The notes below the pieces were generated by a model. It searched no databases. It was given only the letters and a program-made list of their open reading frames with translations, and was not told the DNA's origin. Below, one piece after another: positions 40,200 through 53,650 of a stretch of 64,000 bases of DNA; positions within the stretch are counted from its first letter, which is position 1; each line of letters opens with the position of its first letter. This DNA comes from Camelus ferus (taxonomy: Eukaryota): contig NC_045697.1 in assembly GCF_009834535.1 (NCBI RefSeq), forward strand, positions 64,110,001 through 64,174,000. Direction: 5' to 3'. A program made the translations under genes and the position numbers.

Positions 40200-40330
40200 G
40201 GGTGGAAAAAGTTGTTCTACCACTTACAGTGTGACCTTAGGCAAATTGCTTTAACCTCTTTCGTCTCTCTAATAATCCATATAAAATCCCAACTATCACC
40301 CCTGACATGTAGTAGTTATTTAAGAAACAT
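40200..40330 (+). mobile_element. MIR fragment
   Basis: ctaccacttacagtgtgaccttaggcaaattgctttaacctct MIR core. Confidence 0.65.
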
Positions 40331-40379
40331 ACATTATTATCCTATACTCCTGTGCTGGATACTACTATGCTTATTCATT

Positions 40380-43300
40380 TTCTATCAAAATTGGCTGAGG
40401 AAGTGAGTACCATGAAGCACTCACATGTAAAACTTGGTTGACAACCGTATTCCATACCCACCATATAACAGCAGCTCTGTCTTCTCATTATGGTCAGGAT
40501 CAATTATATTTACTAAGGAGTGATTTCTCTCCTTGCCTGCTAGCCCCTTGATGCAAGAATCCCATCGTGAGCAAACAGCAGAGGTACCTTATAATGTAAT
40601 CACACGCTCACTGTAAGCCCTGGTAGAATTACACCCACTATGGAATCAGGTCTCTAATCCCATAGAGATCGCAACTGTGGGAATGGGAAGTGAAAATTCC
40701 AAGTCAGTATCCAGGGCTGATAGGAAGTGAACTCCTTGTACTTCTGCCCCTTGGTTCCTAGATTTATGCACTCTTCTCACTAGGGAAATGCTGCCAACAA
40801 GAGACTGAACATGAATGATGCATCAGGGAGGACAGCGCTCCATCCTGTGAAGTATCACTACTGGGCTGTCACCATAGATGTGCCTTCAGCAGGATGTTCC
40901 TATGCTAACACTGACCATACCCAGAATATGTATTATTCTTAGAATGAATCACTGATCCTTTCAAGACAGAAGGAGTCAATCTTGTTTACTTGCCCCTAGT
41001 GGCTGGCTTGTTTCCTTGAAAAATGGTGCCATATTGGAGACTCAGTAGTGATCTGCCTCTTCTATTGACAGGTTGAACATTCAGTACTGGTAGTAGATAC
41101 GTCAGTTTCTGTCCATGCATAGCCTCCATGCCTGCCACTGTGACTGATTAGTTCATGTGCCCATTATGTCAACTTGGATGTCTGATGACAAAGACTGGCT
41201 GAGGGCAACTGCTGGACTTCTTGTTAAATGTCTCTTTAATGAGGGATGCTATCCTTCAGTCCTTATCGTGTTATTATAAGACCTTCATACCTTGTTTCCA
41301 CTACTAAATATACACCCACATCTTTCTATTACAGACCTCAATCTTTCAGCATTTCTCCTTCCAGGCCTCTGACCACCAGCAAAGTGATTTTTCCATTGCT
41401 TGTGTGTCTGTATGTATTGTAACCTCAAGCCATTTCTCTTACCACGTGAAATGAATGACCAAATGCACTGCATGAAGTTCTGCTCATTTTCCTTTTACAT
41501 TGTCTTTCAAGGCTACTCCTGAGTTGAGTTAGACGGCATTAATCATTTTCAGCTTGAACTTATGTACACAGCCAATTTACAGGTCACAGGGTAAGTAGTA
41601 GCTAAGTAATGGTGCAACATTTGCTATGACTTGGCAGTTGGGGCTACCCACCCATGCATATTGCTTTTGCTCTTTTGGCTTTTTGATGCTCAATACTGGA
41701 TATAGAGGTTACATTTTACAACAGGCTGTTTCTGAACCCACCCAACCTTATGACTTGGTAGATTTGAGAGAGTTCATTTCATGATGGACAGTTGTAGCAC
41801 TACGGTCACTTAGCCCAGAAATACACCAAGATGGTATGAGTTTTCTACCAAACCCCAGTTTCTGCAGTGCATCTCCCCATTAGAACTTGTCAAATTCTCA
41901 CAAAGCATCTTTCCCCACCATTGACAGCCTGTATCTGCCACAGTGCTTTCTTTGAACTCTGAGCTCCACTTAATGCTGGAGCCTTTGCATCATGCAGTAT
42001 ATGTTTTAGAACAATTTTTCCAGCTGTGGAATATGCTGCCTTAAAACCCCAAAGAGGACCTCCCCATATCATGCTTTCTTCTTCATGGTGGAAAGGGCAA
42101 GATGAAAAATTTGTTTTGTTTTACTTCAGATGGAATATCCTGACAGGCCACCAGCTGGACTCCTAAATATTTTTCAGATGTGACAAGCCCCAGAAACTTC
42201 CTAGACTTTAACTCCCAGTGTTAGGAGCACATATATGTTACCAAGACCTCCAATATGTTAGTCATCTATATGTGAGCAATTTGACTTTGCTCATCTGGAC
42301 TAACATGAAATTATGGTATGTGATGTGCTGCAGGATAGAGAAGTTCATATCAATTTGTACTATATTATGTTTCAGGGTGGGGGAGTTAAGATATCAAATC
42401 AGCGGCAACATACTAGGTACCAAGGTTGTGTTAATCTGCCAGCATTATAGATGTAATTAAGGCCAGTTGTTAGTAATTAAGGCTTGAGTTACTTGAGCTT
42501 GAGGTAGTCTACTGTCTCTAGTATCCATCACTTTTATGCAGGGTCAAACTGATATAATTTAGTGGGAAAATGATGGGGTACCAGCAGCCATGCGTCTGTT
42601 AAATATTTAAATATGACACTAACTTCCAAACTTCCCAGCATGTGATATTCCTCCTGTTTTACTATCTCCTAGAGGGAGGGGAAGTTTCAGAGGCTTCCAC
42701 TTTGTTTTTCTCATTATTCTTTTTAACACATATACCAAGAACCTAATGTGGGGTTTTACTAAATACCATTCATGTTTATTCTGATTATATATTCAGAGAC
42801 CAGAGAAATAACCATCATGCAGATCCACAGACTAGATCCATTTAATTATCTGGCCCCCACATGGCCCCACCCACTGAGGGAGCCACAAGATTGTTTTGAG
42901 TTTCTGGGGGTCAATGTCAGCCTGAACTCTGTTTCCAACAATCCTCACAATATGTTCTGCTAGTATATATACAGTTGCCAGAGCAAATCACCACAAGTTT
43001 CTTTGGAGAAAAACTAGAATATTCATCACCATTATACTAACTAACCATGGAGAAAGGATCCAAGAGTCAATGGATTCCAAACTGGCTCAGGTCTACAAAC
43101 TGAAAAGGATTGTGACTTTTTATTGAGGCAACTTGGTTTCTTTTGAGGGTAAAAATTAAGCCATACTCTTTTCAGCTGCTCATGTTTCTTTGTTGTTGTT
43201 TTGACTAATTCTGTTAAGCTGCTGATGTACTGCATCTTCGAGGCTTCTGCATGGACAAGTGTTATATACATGTATTTTTCACTCAGTTCTCTTTTCTACA

Positions 43301-43570
43301 GGGACTCTGTTGGAATCTTCACGGCCAGGATGGTAACAGAATTTCTCTCTTCCATTTTACAGACACTGTGGATAAAATGACCTACTCCCAGTTGCTATGT
43401 TCTCATCAATCTAGTCTCACGGTTAACACTGACCTTATACTATTATTTTCCTTAGTCTATCATGCCAATCAATTCTTACTATAATCCACAATCAGCTTTC
43501 TATGATTGATGGATGTATTGGTTTGCTGTCTATATATCCTGGACACAGCGTTTCTCGTGTTTCTATAATC
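40380..43570 (-). mobile_element. Decayed ERVL-class endogenous retrovirus internal region (probable gag end, protease, RT, integrase end, dUTPase)
   Basis: Manual minus-strand translation: LLETEFRLTL near 42920-42945 (cf. LLDTGSELTL protease), HKSDGY/TVDYLKL near 42500-42540 (RT), EKYLGVQ...CQDIPSEVK near 42120-42180, SRNQGAEV near 40740-40762, IIDPDH near 40490-40507 (dUTPase motif 3). Confidence 0.82.
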
Positions 43571-44399
43571 TGGAAGGAAAAGAAACTTCTAGGCATTTAA
43601 GCTGTAATTGTGGAAAGAGCTCCACTTTGCCTCTGCATTATATCAAAATTCTTTTGTAGATATTTTCATAGAACTTTTAAATAATGATTTTATCTTTGTA
43701 GTGTTTTATCAATGTATTAATTTACTTGACATCCTTAATAAGCATTTAGTTATGTCTCCCCCCAAATTCCATGATCTAGAAATAACCCATTATTTCTCAA
43801 GTATGTTTAGCTAAAACTGTTAGCTATACGTCCTCAGCAAATGCTTCTTATGATTAAGTATACATACCCACCTATATATGTGTACACACAGATATACTTG
43901 TAAATATTTATAATATTTTACATATTATATATATTTTTCTATTAGAAAGTTTCTGACTTACAATACCTAACACACTAGAAGCTTGATCTGGACCTTAATA
44001 AGACCATTAGCAATCACAATGTATTTGATCCTAAGAAGAAATTTACAAGTTTACTTTAACCTGAGTATTTAACGCTGCAAGATACAGAGAAAATAGATAA
44101 TAACCATGTGCACAAGGAAAACAGACTTTTTATTTGACCTAATTCCTCATGGGTATTCAAGGGGAAAATGAATAAAAGCATTTAATTATTTAAAATGGAA
44201 TAACATATTAGAAACTCCTCAAAATACGTCTCACACGCAGATGGTAAGGCAGTTACCAATACTGTCCCACTAATTCTCACAGAATCTTCATTTACGTACA
44301 ACGCCTTAAATAAAAGCAAGTGAAATTCAATCGGTAGTAATAATTTTCTGCAGACCCCGTATATTATTGTTGAATACTTCCTTTAATAACTTGATTAAT

Positions 44400-44905
44400 T
44401 ACCTAGCCTTCGTTTTAACTTCAAATTCTTCCTCTGTACTGGTCTCTTCATCTCATCGTTGCACTTTAGTAAGCTCTTTCTAACTCTTGGAACACCAAAT
44501 TCTGCTTTTTTGTTTTTTTCCACAGCAAACCTTCGAGCCATGATTGATGACATGCAGCTTTCATTTCCTTTGTTTATTCACTGCTCAATCCCTTTACATG
44601 TGGTTTTCACACCAGTACTGAAAATGAAGCTCCATTTAGACCTCTTTATAGTCTGTCCATCTAAATGTCATAGTGTGTCCCCAAGTTTACTAGAACTCAC
44701 AAAGTACCTTCCCAACAAACCCCAACAGCCAGTCTGTTCTATTTTCCTCACTTTTTCTCACTTTTAAAACATAATGGTAGCATTAACACTTACTCTCCCC
44801 GAGTTTAGGCTCAACAATTAGATAAACCATTGATTTATCCTTCTAATCCTTTTCTGTCCCCATTTTCAGTAGTATTATGCTTCCTTATCATAGATTATTT
44901 CAATA
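44400..44905 (+). mobile_element. L2 fragment
   Basis: Pyrimidine-rich L2-like sequence (aatccctttacatgtggttttcac, tttaggctcaacaatt). Confidence 0.45.
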
Positions 44906-44909
44906 ACCC

Positions 44910-45367
44910 TGTGTATTAATTTCCTTTTGCTGTTGTAACAAGTTACCACAACACTGCATACGTTTCTTACCTTGCAGCGTGGAGGTCAGAAGTATGAAGT
45001 GGTTCTCACTGGACTAAACACAAGTGTTGGCAGGACCACATACCTCCTCGGCCACTCTCAGGGAGACACAGTGTCCTTTTCCAGCTTGGCTCAGGCACAT
45101 ACTGCGTCTTCAGAGCCTGCAACGACCAGCAGAACCTTTCTCACATCGTATCACGCAGACGCTAAGTCACGTGGGACCCTCCCATATTTAAAGGGCTCTG
45201 TGATTATATTGGGCCCACCTGTATAATCCAGGAGACGCTTTCTATTTTAAGTTGATTAGCAATCTTAATTCCATCTGCTACCTCAATTTCCTTTACCATG
45301 TAAGGTAAGATATCCACAGTTTCTAGGGGTTAGGATTTGGGCAGGGTCCTACCTTTCTGCCTACTAC
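44910..45367 (-). mobile_element. MaLR solo LTR (MLT1D-like)
   Basis: tgtattaatttcc...tgtaacaagttaccacaa, gattatattgggcccacc, gattagcaatcttaattccatctgc. Confidence 0.85.
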
Positions 45368-45574
45368 TTTCTGCAATAAACCTTGGCATATGTACATTTT
45401 CCTGCAATAGGGCAAGTACAGTATTTATGTAATTTATATTTATAGAAGTAGAACTGCCAGGTTAAAGTATATAAATAGATTTTGCTAATAATTCTTTCTG
45501 AAACACTCTTCAATATGTCCTGTTGTATATTCTAATTAATAGAGTCTGAAACAACTGTCCTCTAAATATTTGCT

Positions 45575-45878
45575 GTAGTGGATGTGTGGGTGCTCTGCCC
45601 AGATTACCTTTACTGGCTACACATTCTGTTCTGGGGAGCAGCAACAACCAATAACTGGTAAAAGGTCTCAAGTTACTAACTGTTGCAATTAGTGTCCTCA
45701 GCTGCTCATAGAGCCGAGCTGAAACTACCCTCCTGCTGACTGTACCCTCTCTCGGCTTTCTTCTGAAGCCCTGTCCTGGTTCCTTCATTCCTCATCTCCT
45801 GAGAGTATTTTCTCAAGAAATCACTAGCACAGAAATCCTAAATCTCAAGCTCTGCTTTCAAAGAAGCCAGCAAAGATA
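45575..45878 (+). mobile_element. ERVL LTR (LTR16-like)
   Basis: Starts tgtagtggatg; ends aatcactagcacagaaatcctaaatctcaagctctgctttc. Confidence 0.65.
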
Positions 45879-46254
45879 TTGACCAGTACTGACAATTATT
45901 AAACTTTTAATTGCTGCAGGTTTGATTGGTGAAATGCTTATTTATGGTTGAGACTCTTTAAATGTCGCTGGCCGTCTGTTTCTACTTCAGCAAATTGGTT
46001 AACTCCTTTACTAAATTGATCTATTCAGATTTTTCTTATTAATTAGTAGGCTGTTTATGTTAAATATATTATATGTTGGTAATAAGAGTTTCCAAAAATT
46101 ACCTTCCCCACTTTTCATTTCATTTATGAACAATTTTTTGTGATTTTTTTTTTTTTTGGTGATTGTCTTTTGACAAAAGTAATTAAAAGTATAAATAAGA
46201 TTGCACTGTGTTATTATAGGGAATAAAAATCACGTCTTAGGGTTACGTATTTTA

Positions 46255-48200
46255 AATTTGTTTATCAGTTCTAAGTTTCTTTTCTGGCTTTCTAAGAGTA
46301 CACAACATCATGTCATCTGTGAATAGAGATTTTACATTTACCTTTCTAGTCTGAATGCTGTTATTACATGAATCACCTGGCTAGACCTTTCTGTACAATG
46401 ATGAATGTAAGAGGCTACAGTGGACGTTCTTAACTCATTCCTGACCTTAGAGTGGAGGAATTCAGTGTTTCTGAATTAAATATGATACCGGTTATAGAAT
46501 TCTTTGTTTGCACCCTTTATCAGGTTGAGAAACCTCCCTTTTACTCATTGTTTTGCTTTGTTTTTATCATGAAACAGTGTTGGATTTTGGCAAATACTTT
46601 TTCCGTGTTGACTGAGTTAATCACATGGTTCTTTTATCTTATAGATATGGTGTATTATATGAATTTATTTTGAATATTAATCTAATTTTCTATTCGTAGG
46701 ATATATCCTATTTGGTCACGGTATAGTGTATTTTTTGTGTGTTTCTGGGTTTAGTTTGCTAGCATTTTGTTGATGCTTTGTGCATCTATATTTATAAAAT
46801 ACATTGATCAACAGTTTTATCTTTTTGTGATGTCCTTGTCTGGTTTTGGTATCAAGGTAATACTGTACTCATGGAATTAGTTAGCAAGTGTTCTCTCACA
46901 TTTATGGAAGATTTAACGAATTGCTATGAATCATTTTTCAAATGTCTGGTAGGGATACATGAGTAAACTTTCTGAGTGTTAGTTTATGGAACATATTTTT
47001 TAAGATACTAATGTTTAATCTCTTTACTTGCTATTGGTCTATTAAGATTTTCTAATTCTTCCTGAGTCAGTTTTGGTAGTTGGTATCTTTCTAAGAATTT
47101 CTTTCAACATTTTTACTATGATGTATCTGTATGTGAATATATTTGTCTTTATACTACTTGGAGTTTGCTGAACCTTTGGAATATGTAGATTAATTTTTTC
47201 ATCAAATTTGTGAACTTTTCAGGCATTATTTTTTCAATGTTTTCTGTTATTTTTTCTCTCCTCATTTTGATATTCACCTTACATGTATTTTGATTTGTTT
47301 AATGTTTCCCACACTTCTCTGAGGATCTGTTCATTTTCTTCATTCTTTTTCTCACTTTTTTTGGATTACATAATCTCTATTGATTAGTCTTCACTTTTGC
47401 TGATTTTTTTTCTTCTGCCAGTTCGTATCTGTTCTTGATCCCCTCTGGTTAATTTTTCACTGAGTTATACTTTCAACTTGAGTTTTCATTTGGTTATTTT
47501 AAAAACATATGTCTCTTTATTGATATTCTCTCTTTGATAGCTGATTGTCATCACACCTTCATTCACTTCTTCAAGCATAAGGTCTTTTAATTCTTCAAAA
47601 CTATTCATAATGGCTGCTTTGAAGACCTTTTTTTAAGTTTGTATCTGAGCTCTGTCACAAGCTGTTTCTCTTGTATGCTTTTTTCTCTCTGTATTGGTCA
47701 CACTTCCCTGTTCCTTTCATGTCTAGTAATTTCATATTCAGACGGAACATTTTAACTAATATGTTGTGCCAATTCTGGATAGCAAGTCCTCATACCCCTC
47801 TAGGGCTTGTTTCTTTCTTATTTATCTGTTTAGTGTCTTGGTTGGACAACTTTAGTGAAGTCTATTTCATCCACAATGTGAACCCTGCCCCTTTTAGGTG
47901 GATACTATAGCCTTTGACTCAGAGCTGAGGGATAAGGAGCCCCAATTCTTGGCTACATCTTCCCAGAGTGGAGAATCCATCAGGCTGAGCTGGTAGTGGG
48001 TAGAGGGAAGCAGTGGACTATGGTTAATTATCAAAGCCTATTGATGATCTTGCTGAGAGTTCATAGATCTTCTTGAATAAATGTTACTTCATCTCCTGTA
48101 TGTTCTTAGGATAATTTCCAGAGACATTAAATACACATTTGATTTTTAAAACAGTTTTCATCTGTTATAAATGCTTCTCTGATATGCTCACCACAAGCAT
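46255..48200 (-). mobile_element. Old L1 fragments (ORF2, ORF1 and 5' region, internally deleted)
   Basis: catgtcatctgtgaatagag, gtttgctagcattttgttga, tctggttttggtatcaaggtaatactg, ttctctgaggatctgttcatttt. Confidence 0.8.
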
Positions 48201-48527
48201 ACGACAAGTCCAGAAAACTTTTTACACATTATTCCAGAAGTTAATCTATCCACAATTAGACTTTCCTACTTTGTTTCCCTAATTTCATATGCCTTGAAAT
48301 TATTTATTATTCTACAATGAATCAAGAAAAAATATCTATTCTTCACGCATCATTTATCCTACCAAGGTGGCAACCTGCCTTAAAATGATATTAATAAGAT
48401 TCTATTTCTCGCCAGTTATAAGTTGAAATTTAGTCATCTTGAAATGAATTTCTGTAATTATCCTGTTAAACCCTTTTACTGTGCTTTCCAGATTTTCTTA
48501 GTTTTAAAAAGTCCTCTTTTCCTGAAC

Positions 48528-48747
48528 TAGTACTTCTCACCCAAGGATAATTTTGCCCCTCTGAAGACATTATCTATAACTAGAGGCATTATTGATTGTC
48601 ATGAAAGAACCCGGGAAAGAATGTGCTTCTGGCATCTAGCAAATAGAGACAGAGGTGCTCCTAAACATCCCATGATGCACGAGACAGCATTCTACAACAA
48701 AGAACTACGGGAGCAAATGCCAAGGGTGCCAAGTTTTAGAAACCCTG
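48528..48747 (+). mobile_element. MER20 (hAT-Charlie)
   Basis: attttgcccc, ctggcatctag, ctaaacatcc, acaacaaagaa, agaaaccctg. Confidence 0.8.
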
Positions 48748-50859
48748 CCCTAATTGTCTGCCTTAATCAATCTGTCTGCCCTCTGAAGGATATTATATCA
48801 GCCATACCACACCTCTATAGCATGTATCTCATGCTCTCCACAACCTTTACTAAATAGACTATGTCTAACTTTTAATCCAATAGAATTTTAAAACACTCAT
48901 ATCAATTCTCTCCTGGAAACAAATAAATAAATAAATAAATAATTTTAAACAACATATACAAATTTAATGTAAATATTTTCTCATATTTTTCTTTGAAAAA
49001 TAATAAAATTAAACCTTTTATATATAGCAAAACAAAAACCCAAAACCTTAATGCATTGCCAAAGAAAAATTAACTTATTCATTCCAAAACAAGAATCTTT
49101 CCTTTTAAGCAATATAAATTGTATTTAGCTCAAACATACAACAAGAAAAAAAAAAAAAAAAAAAAAACCCAGAATCAATGAAAGCAAAAATCAAATGAAT
49201 GGCAGAGTAAAGTAACATCAAAAACATCCCAAGCTCATCTCAAGATAAAGAGAAATAGGACTAGAAAAGGAATAGAACTCTATTAGACTAGCAATAGCGT
49301 CTCTAACAGAATGTACACATAATACTGTCTGCTTCTTTTTGGTGTTCAGCCAAATATAGTTGCAAACTATATAAATGGATAAATGTAAAAAATGTATTCC
49401 AGAAACTGGAGAAATATAATTGATGCCTGTCCGAAGCAACCCCATGGAATGGAGGCATTTATAAAGCTGTTAAGTTGTTTTCAGGAAAATCTGTTCTTCA
49501 GCATTATTTGTTACTTATATTGGACTTATGGGGAGAATCACTGTTAAATGACTTCTGTATAGGTATATGAAATTACTCCTGGTAAACATTAGAAGTAAAC
49601 ACTCATTTAAAGTTAGGACTTATTAAATAATTTATAACATTTTACTGTTTATAACAGAATAACATTTTACTGTATTGGTTTTATAATTATCAGTGTGTGT
49701 ACACACACATGCATACATCATGCACGCGCACACAGAATCACTTCCTAAGGTAGAAACCAAATAGTTACAATTTGAGATGCAATAATGGATTAAATAGTAA
49801 ATTCTTTAAACCTCTTGCATTAACAGGAACCACATATAGTAATCCAAAGCCTGAAATTATTATTGGATTAAAATATCCTTTAACTCATGAAAGAACAGAT
49901 AGTTTTTTTCTCTTGTTAATTATTTAACTTAAAGTTCAATAAATCTCCCCTTTTTTTCCTTAGTTTTCTAGAATCAAATGATACACGACTTTACAGTTAC
50001 TCTCCTTTAAGACTTGTGCTAAGGTGAAATGTTGTCTTACACACCATTTTAAGGAGAGAAATGATACATATACACATAGGTGTAAACTGTTCAAATTGAT
50101 TCCACTCTTCCATAGCAAGTGGTTTAATAAACTTCATACCTTGTTACATGAGATCTTTGAGAACACTCTTGTTTTTCCACCTGAAGTTTGCTTAATATTT
50201 GCAAGTTAGAAGTTCAAAGCAAGCAAAAGTGCTTTTATAATTTCATACAACTGAGAGGACCAAAAATTATTATTAAATTGCGAATATTAATGAGAAATCC
50301 AAATGTAAACTGAACTATTTTACCTTAATTGCAGAATACTCTGGATTTAGAAAATCACTGAAGAGATTGTGTTATCATTATCAGAAGTTTATTGATTCCT
50401 TACTACATGACTATCTAGATATTAGGAACTGAGAGAAATTGTAAGAAAAAGTGAAGCTTTGTCTTTGAGTACCTATATAAATGCTAAGTGATTCTGCCTC
50501 ACTTATGTACATGTTAGTTTCTATTGCTTTTTTTAATAGTAAATTGGCCTCTTCATCTGCCTGCCTCTCTGAAATTGATCACTCTTAATTTGTTTTCAGA
50601 AATCAGCAGTGTGAGAGAACATTTGGTTCTCTCGCACTGTGGTTACACCTTTTAGCTTACCATGTAGAAGTTAAGCGGGATTCCGAAATAAACTTACATC
50701 ACATAAAAAGTTCAAACACTTAAATCAGGAGATCATGTTTGATATCACTCTTTTTCAAAACTTCAAGGCTTATTTTTGACATGAGAAATCAATGTTGGCA
50801 GAGTGGAGGGTCAGGAGTCTAGAGAACTGGGTCCTAGATTCAACTCTAACTCTAAGCAG

Positions 50860-52148
50860 TAATAAAATAAAATTCATATTTTAAGGCAAGATGAGAAAAA
50901 ATTAAGCAAATTTTTTCTGTTTATTTGTGGCTCTTCTCTCACCTCTAGTATGCATCATGCATCTGCATTATCTAGTAACCACAACTCCCCAATCACAGAA
51001 GCACCTGATCAACAATAAAGATCATTTTTTCTTCTTTTGGCACCAGCCGTGTTAACTCCTTAGAAGATAACATTCCTTTCTCAACCCCGAAGGGGCCATG
51101 AAGACTATCACTCCCCTTGTACCTGCAGATATCTTTGGTAAACTTTATGTACAAATGCCGATAAATCATTTCCCTTAAAGATAGTGATTGATACAGAGCA
51201 GACTGGGTCAGACGACCTGGGGAGATACTGGGCTACACCTAATAGAAGTTCTTAGCTTAAATACTTATTTATGACCTTATTAATGTCACTAGCTATGCTA
51301 TTTGTATTTTGTCTATTTTACAAGATTGTTATTTTCTGCATTACCAAATGTGTGACAGCCTCCAGTAAAAATAATGATGACTAGGTGTCTTGAAATGATT
51401 GACCGAAGATAGTTTCATAAGATCAATGATTGCAATTGTGTAACTCTAGGTATGGGAAGAAACAATGAGAGGGAATCATTTCCTCAACCATGACAGACTG
51501 GAAAGACAGGAGACCAGAAGCTTTGGCTGCCACTTACAGGGCCTAGTCCAGTAATAGCATACTGACTAGCCTAGTGATGAAATCCTCTCCTGACCTGGGA
51601 GTGAGCATTTCAAGCACATAGGACAAACTGGTCACAAAATGTCTCCCAGTCCTGGGTCAAAGTTAAGACTGGAAGGGAGGGAATTCTAAAATAAAGAATG
51701 CTGCCCACCATTCAGTTCTGTAAGAATCAAGTCATCAGCCACTGCAGTCACTGACCTACAATCTATCCTGAAAGGCGTTCAGGGCAAAGATCAGGATGAG
51801 GAATTTTGTGCGGTGGGAAAACTGGTAGAACTGGCCCTCAGACAGTTAGATATTTTTAGGAGAAACTTTTATGAACCCGGTTTCTTGCATCTTCCCATAC
51901 TTAGAAAAGCACTGAAACCATCGACTTAGGTGTCTGTTCTCCACTAATAGCAGTAATCTTCTACCTAGATGTGTGCTTGATTGCACACACCCCTTTGCCA
52001 AATCACATATATACTGGCCTCCCCCTACCTCTTTGGAACTGTCCTCAGAGCTTTGTGAAAGTCTGTCTCCCAGGTTAAAATCCACAGGTTTGCTCAAGTA
52101 AAATTTTTCATTTCTTTCTTAGATTGACTATTGATTAATTTTTCAACA
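50860..52148 (+). mobile_element. ERV1-like composite LTR element with env transmembrane remnant and internal polypurine tract, inserted in a MIR
   Basis: Ends ...tttcaaca; candidate 4-bp TSD gcag/ccag; PPT ggaagggagggaa 51671-51683; hydrophobic frame 51271-51384; MIR-like sequence on both sides (50800-50859, 52149-52220). Confidence 0.7.
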
Positions 52149-52224
52149 CCAGTTTGGGTTCTCAGACAAGTCACACCATTTGTGACACAGTTTCTTCACC
52201 CACAAGAAAGAGTTATAAATTAGA

Positions 52225-52395
52225 GTAGTGCTTCTTGAACTTTAATATGCCTTTGAATCACCTAGAGAATCTTGGTAAAACTCAGATTTTTATAAAGTAA
52301 GTCTGAGATGGGGCTCTAGGTTTTGCATTTCTAACGACTTTCTAGGTGATGCCAAGGCTACTGGTTTGACAATCATGTTTTGTGGAATAAGGGGC
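52225..52395 (+). mobile_element. MER5A (hAT-Charlie)
   Basis: gaatcacctagagaatcttggtaaaactcagatt, tgcatttctaac, aggtgatgcc. Confidence 0.8.
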
Positions 52396-53284
52396 TAGAT
52401 GATTTGGAAATTTCTATCCAACATTTGAATTTACCTATGGTTTTAAGATATTCTGAGGATGTCTTTAATCAGCTTGGTAGATAAAACAATCAGTTTAGCA
52501 AAACCCTTCAATTTCTTTACACAGTTTTAGCAATCTGAATAGAAACAGCTACTAAAACTCTTGCCCTTTCATATTTTGGGAAATTTGTAACTTCTCAAAG
52601 AATTTCTCATATCTACTGTATTGAGCAGTGGAAGATTTTGCTGCTGAGGTGTTCTTTGAAGCAAACAGTAGATGTATTGACCTAATTATACTTCATGAAC
52701 TTATTTTTAAAATCAAAGGCACATTAACATAAAACTACTGCTCTGCCAAAAAGACATGTTGGCTTTCTTCATATGAATTCTAATTCCTGTTTATTGATGC
52801 ACCAGTTGAAATCACAGGATAGCATAATTTAGAGACTGCTTTTATCTCTGAGTTGACAATGTGTGTGAGAATTACTTGGCATGCAAGTTCAGAAATGACC
52901 TTGTTTTACTGTAAACAAATTGTTAATCTGTGGAATTGTGGTGATTCTACAAGATGATCTGTAATCTATCATGTTTTCTTCTGTGTGTTGTTTCAGGAGC
53001 ACAGTAATTAGAGACAAAATATTCTTGCAATACCATCATGAGGATTCATGTAGAGCCTCATTTTTTGATGATGTGATAATACAGGTAAAGCACACTCATT
53101 TCTCTATAGAACAGAAATACTATCTGAACATAAGATTCTAGATTCTAAGTGATTTCATGTAAGATTATTAAAAGAAATTTTACTCTTGATGGATTTGGAG
53201 TTCTGAAAATATCCCTCACACTTTCCTTATCTCTGATCCATCCAAAAAATAACACTGAAATTTGAGGAAAATGTCAGTAAAGGA

Positions 53285-53347
53285 TATGTGTGTTTGTGTA
53301 CATGTATATATGTATATATGTGTGTGTGTGTGTGTGTATATATATAT
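53285..53347. repeat. Compound (TG)/(TA) microsatellite
   Basis: Directly visible. Confidence 0.9.
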
Positions 53348-53411
53348 CCTTTTCATAAAGGACATACTAAAGGATGTTCTTATCCTTTTTTTTCAATAAA
53401 GAATATATATA

Positions 53412-53650
53412 TAATGGAAGACAAGATCCAAGATGGCACCAGAGATTTCTACCTGCCAGTATACATGCTTCTTAAAATCCCCACCCCTCAAATGTTGGAA
53501 TGTGATGGTATATCACTCTGGTAATTGTTACAATACATGTCAAGAGAGATTTTGCTGTTGAATTTTAGATCTTTGATTAAATCAACTCTGAGTTCATTAA
53601 AAGGGATATAATCCTGTGTGGATCCAACCTAATCAGGCAAGCCCTAACTA
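53412..53650 (+). mobile_element. MaLR LTR 5' portion (MLT1E/F-like)
   Basis: aagatggcacc, gagattttgc, aaaagggatataatcctg, cctaatcagg. Confidence 0.7.
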
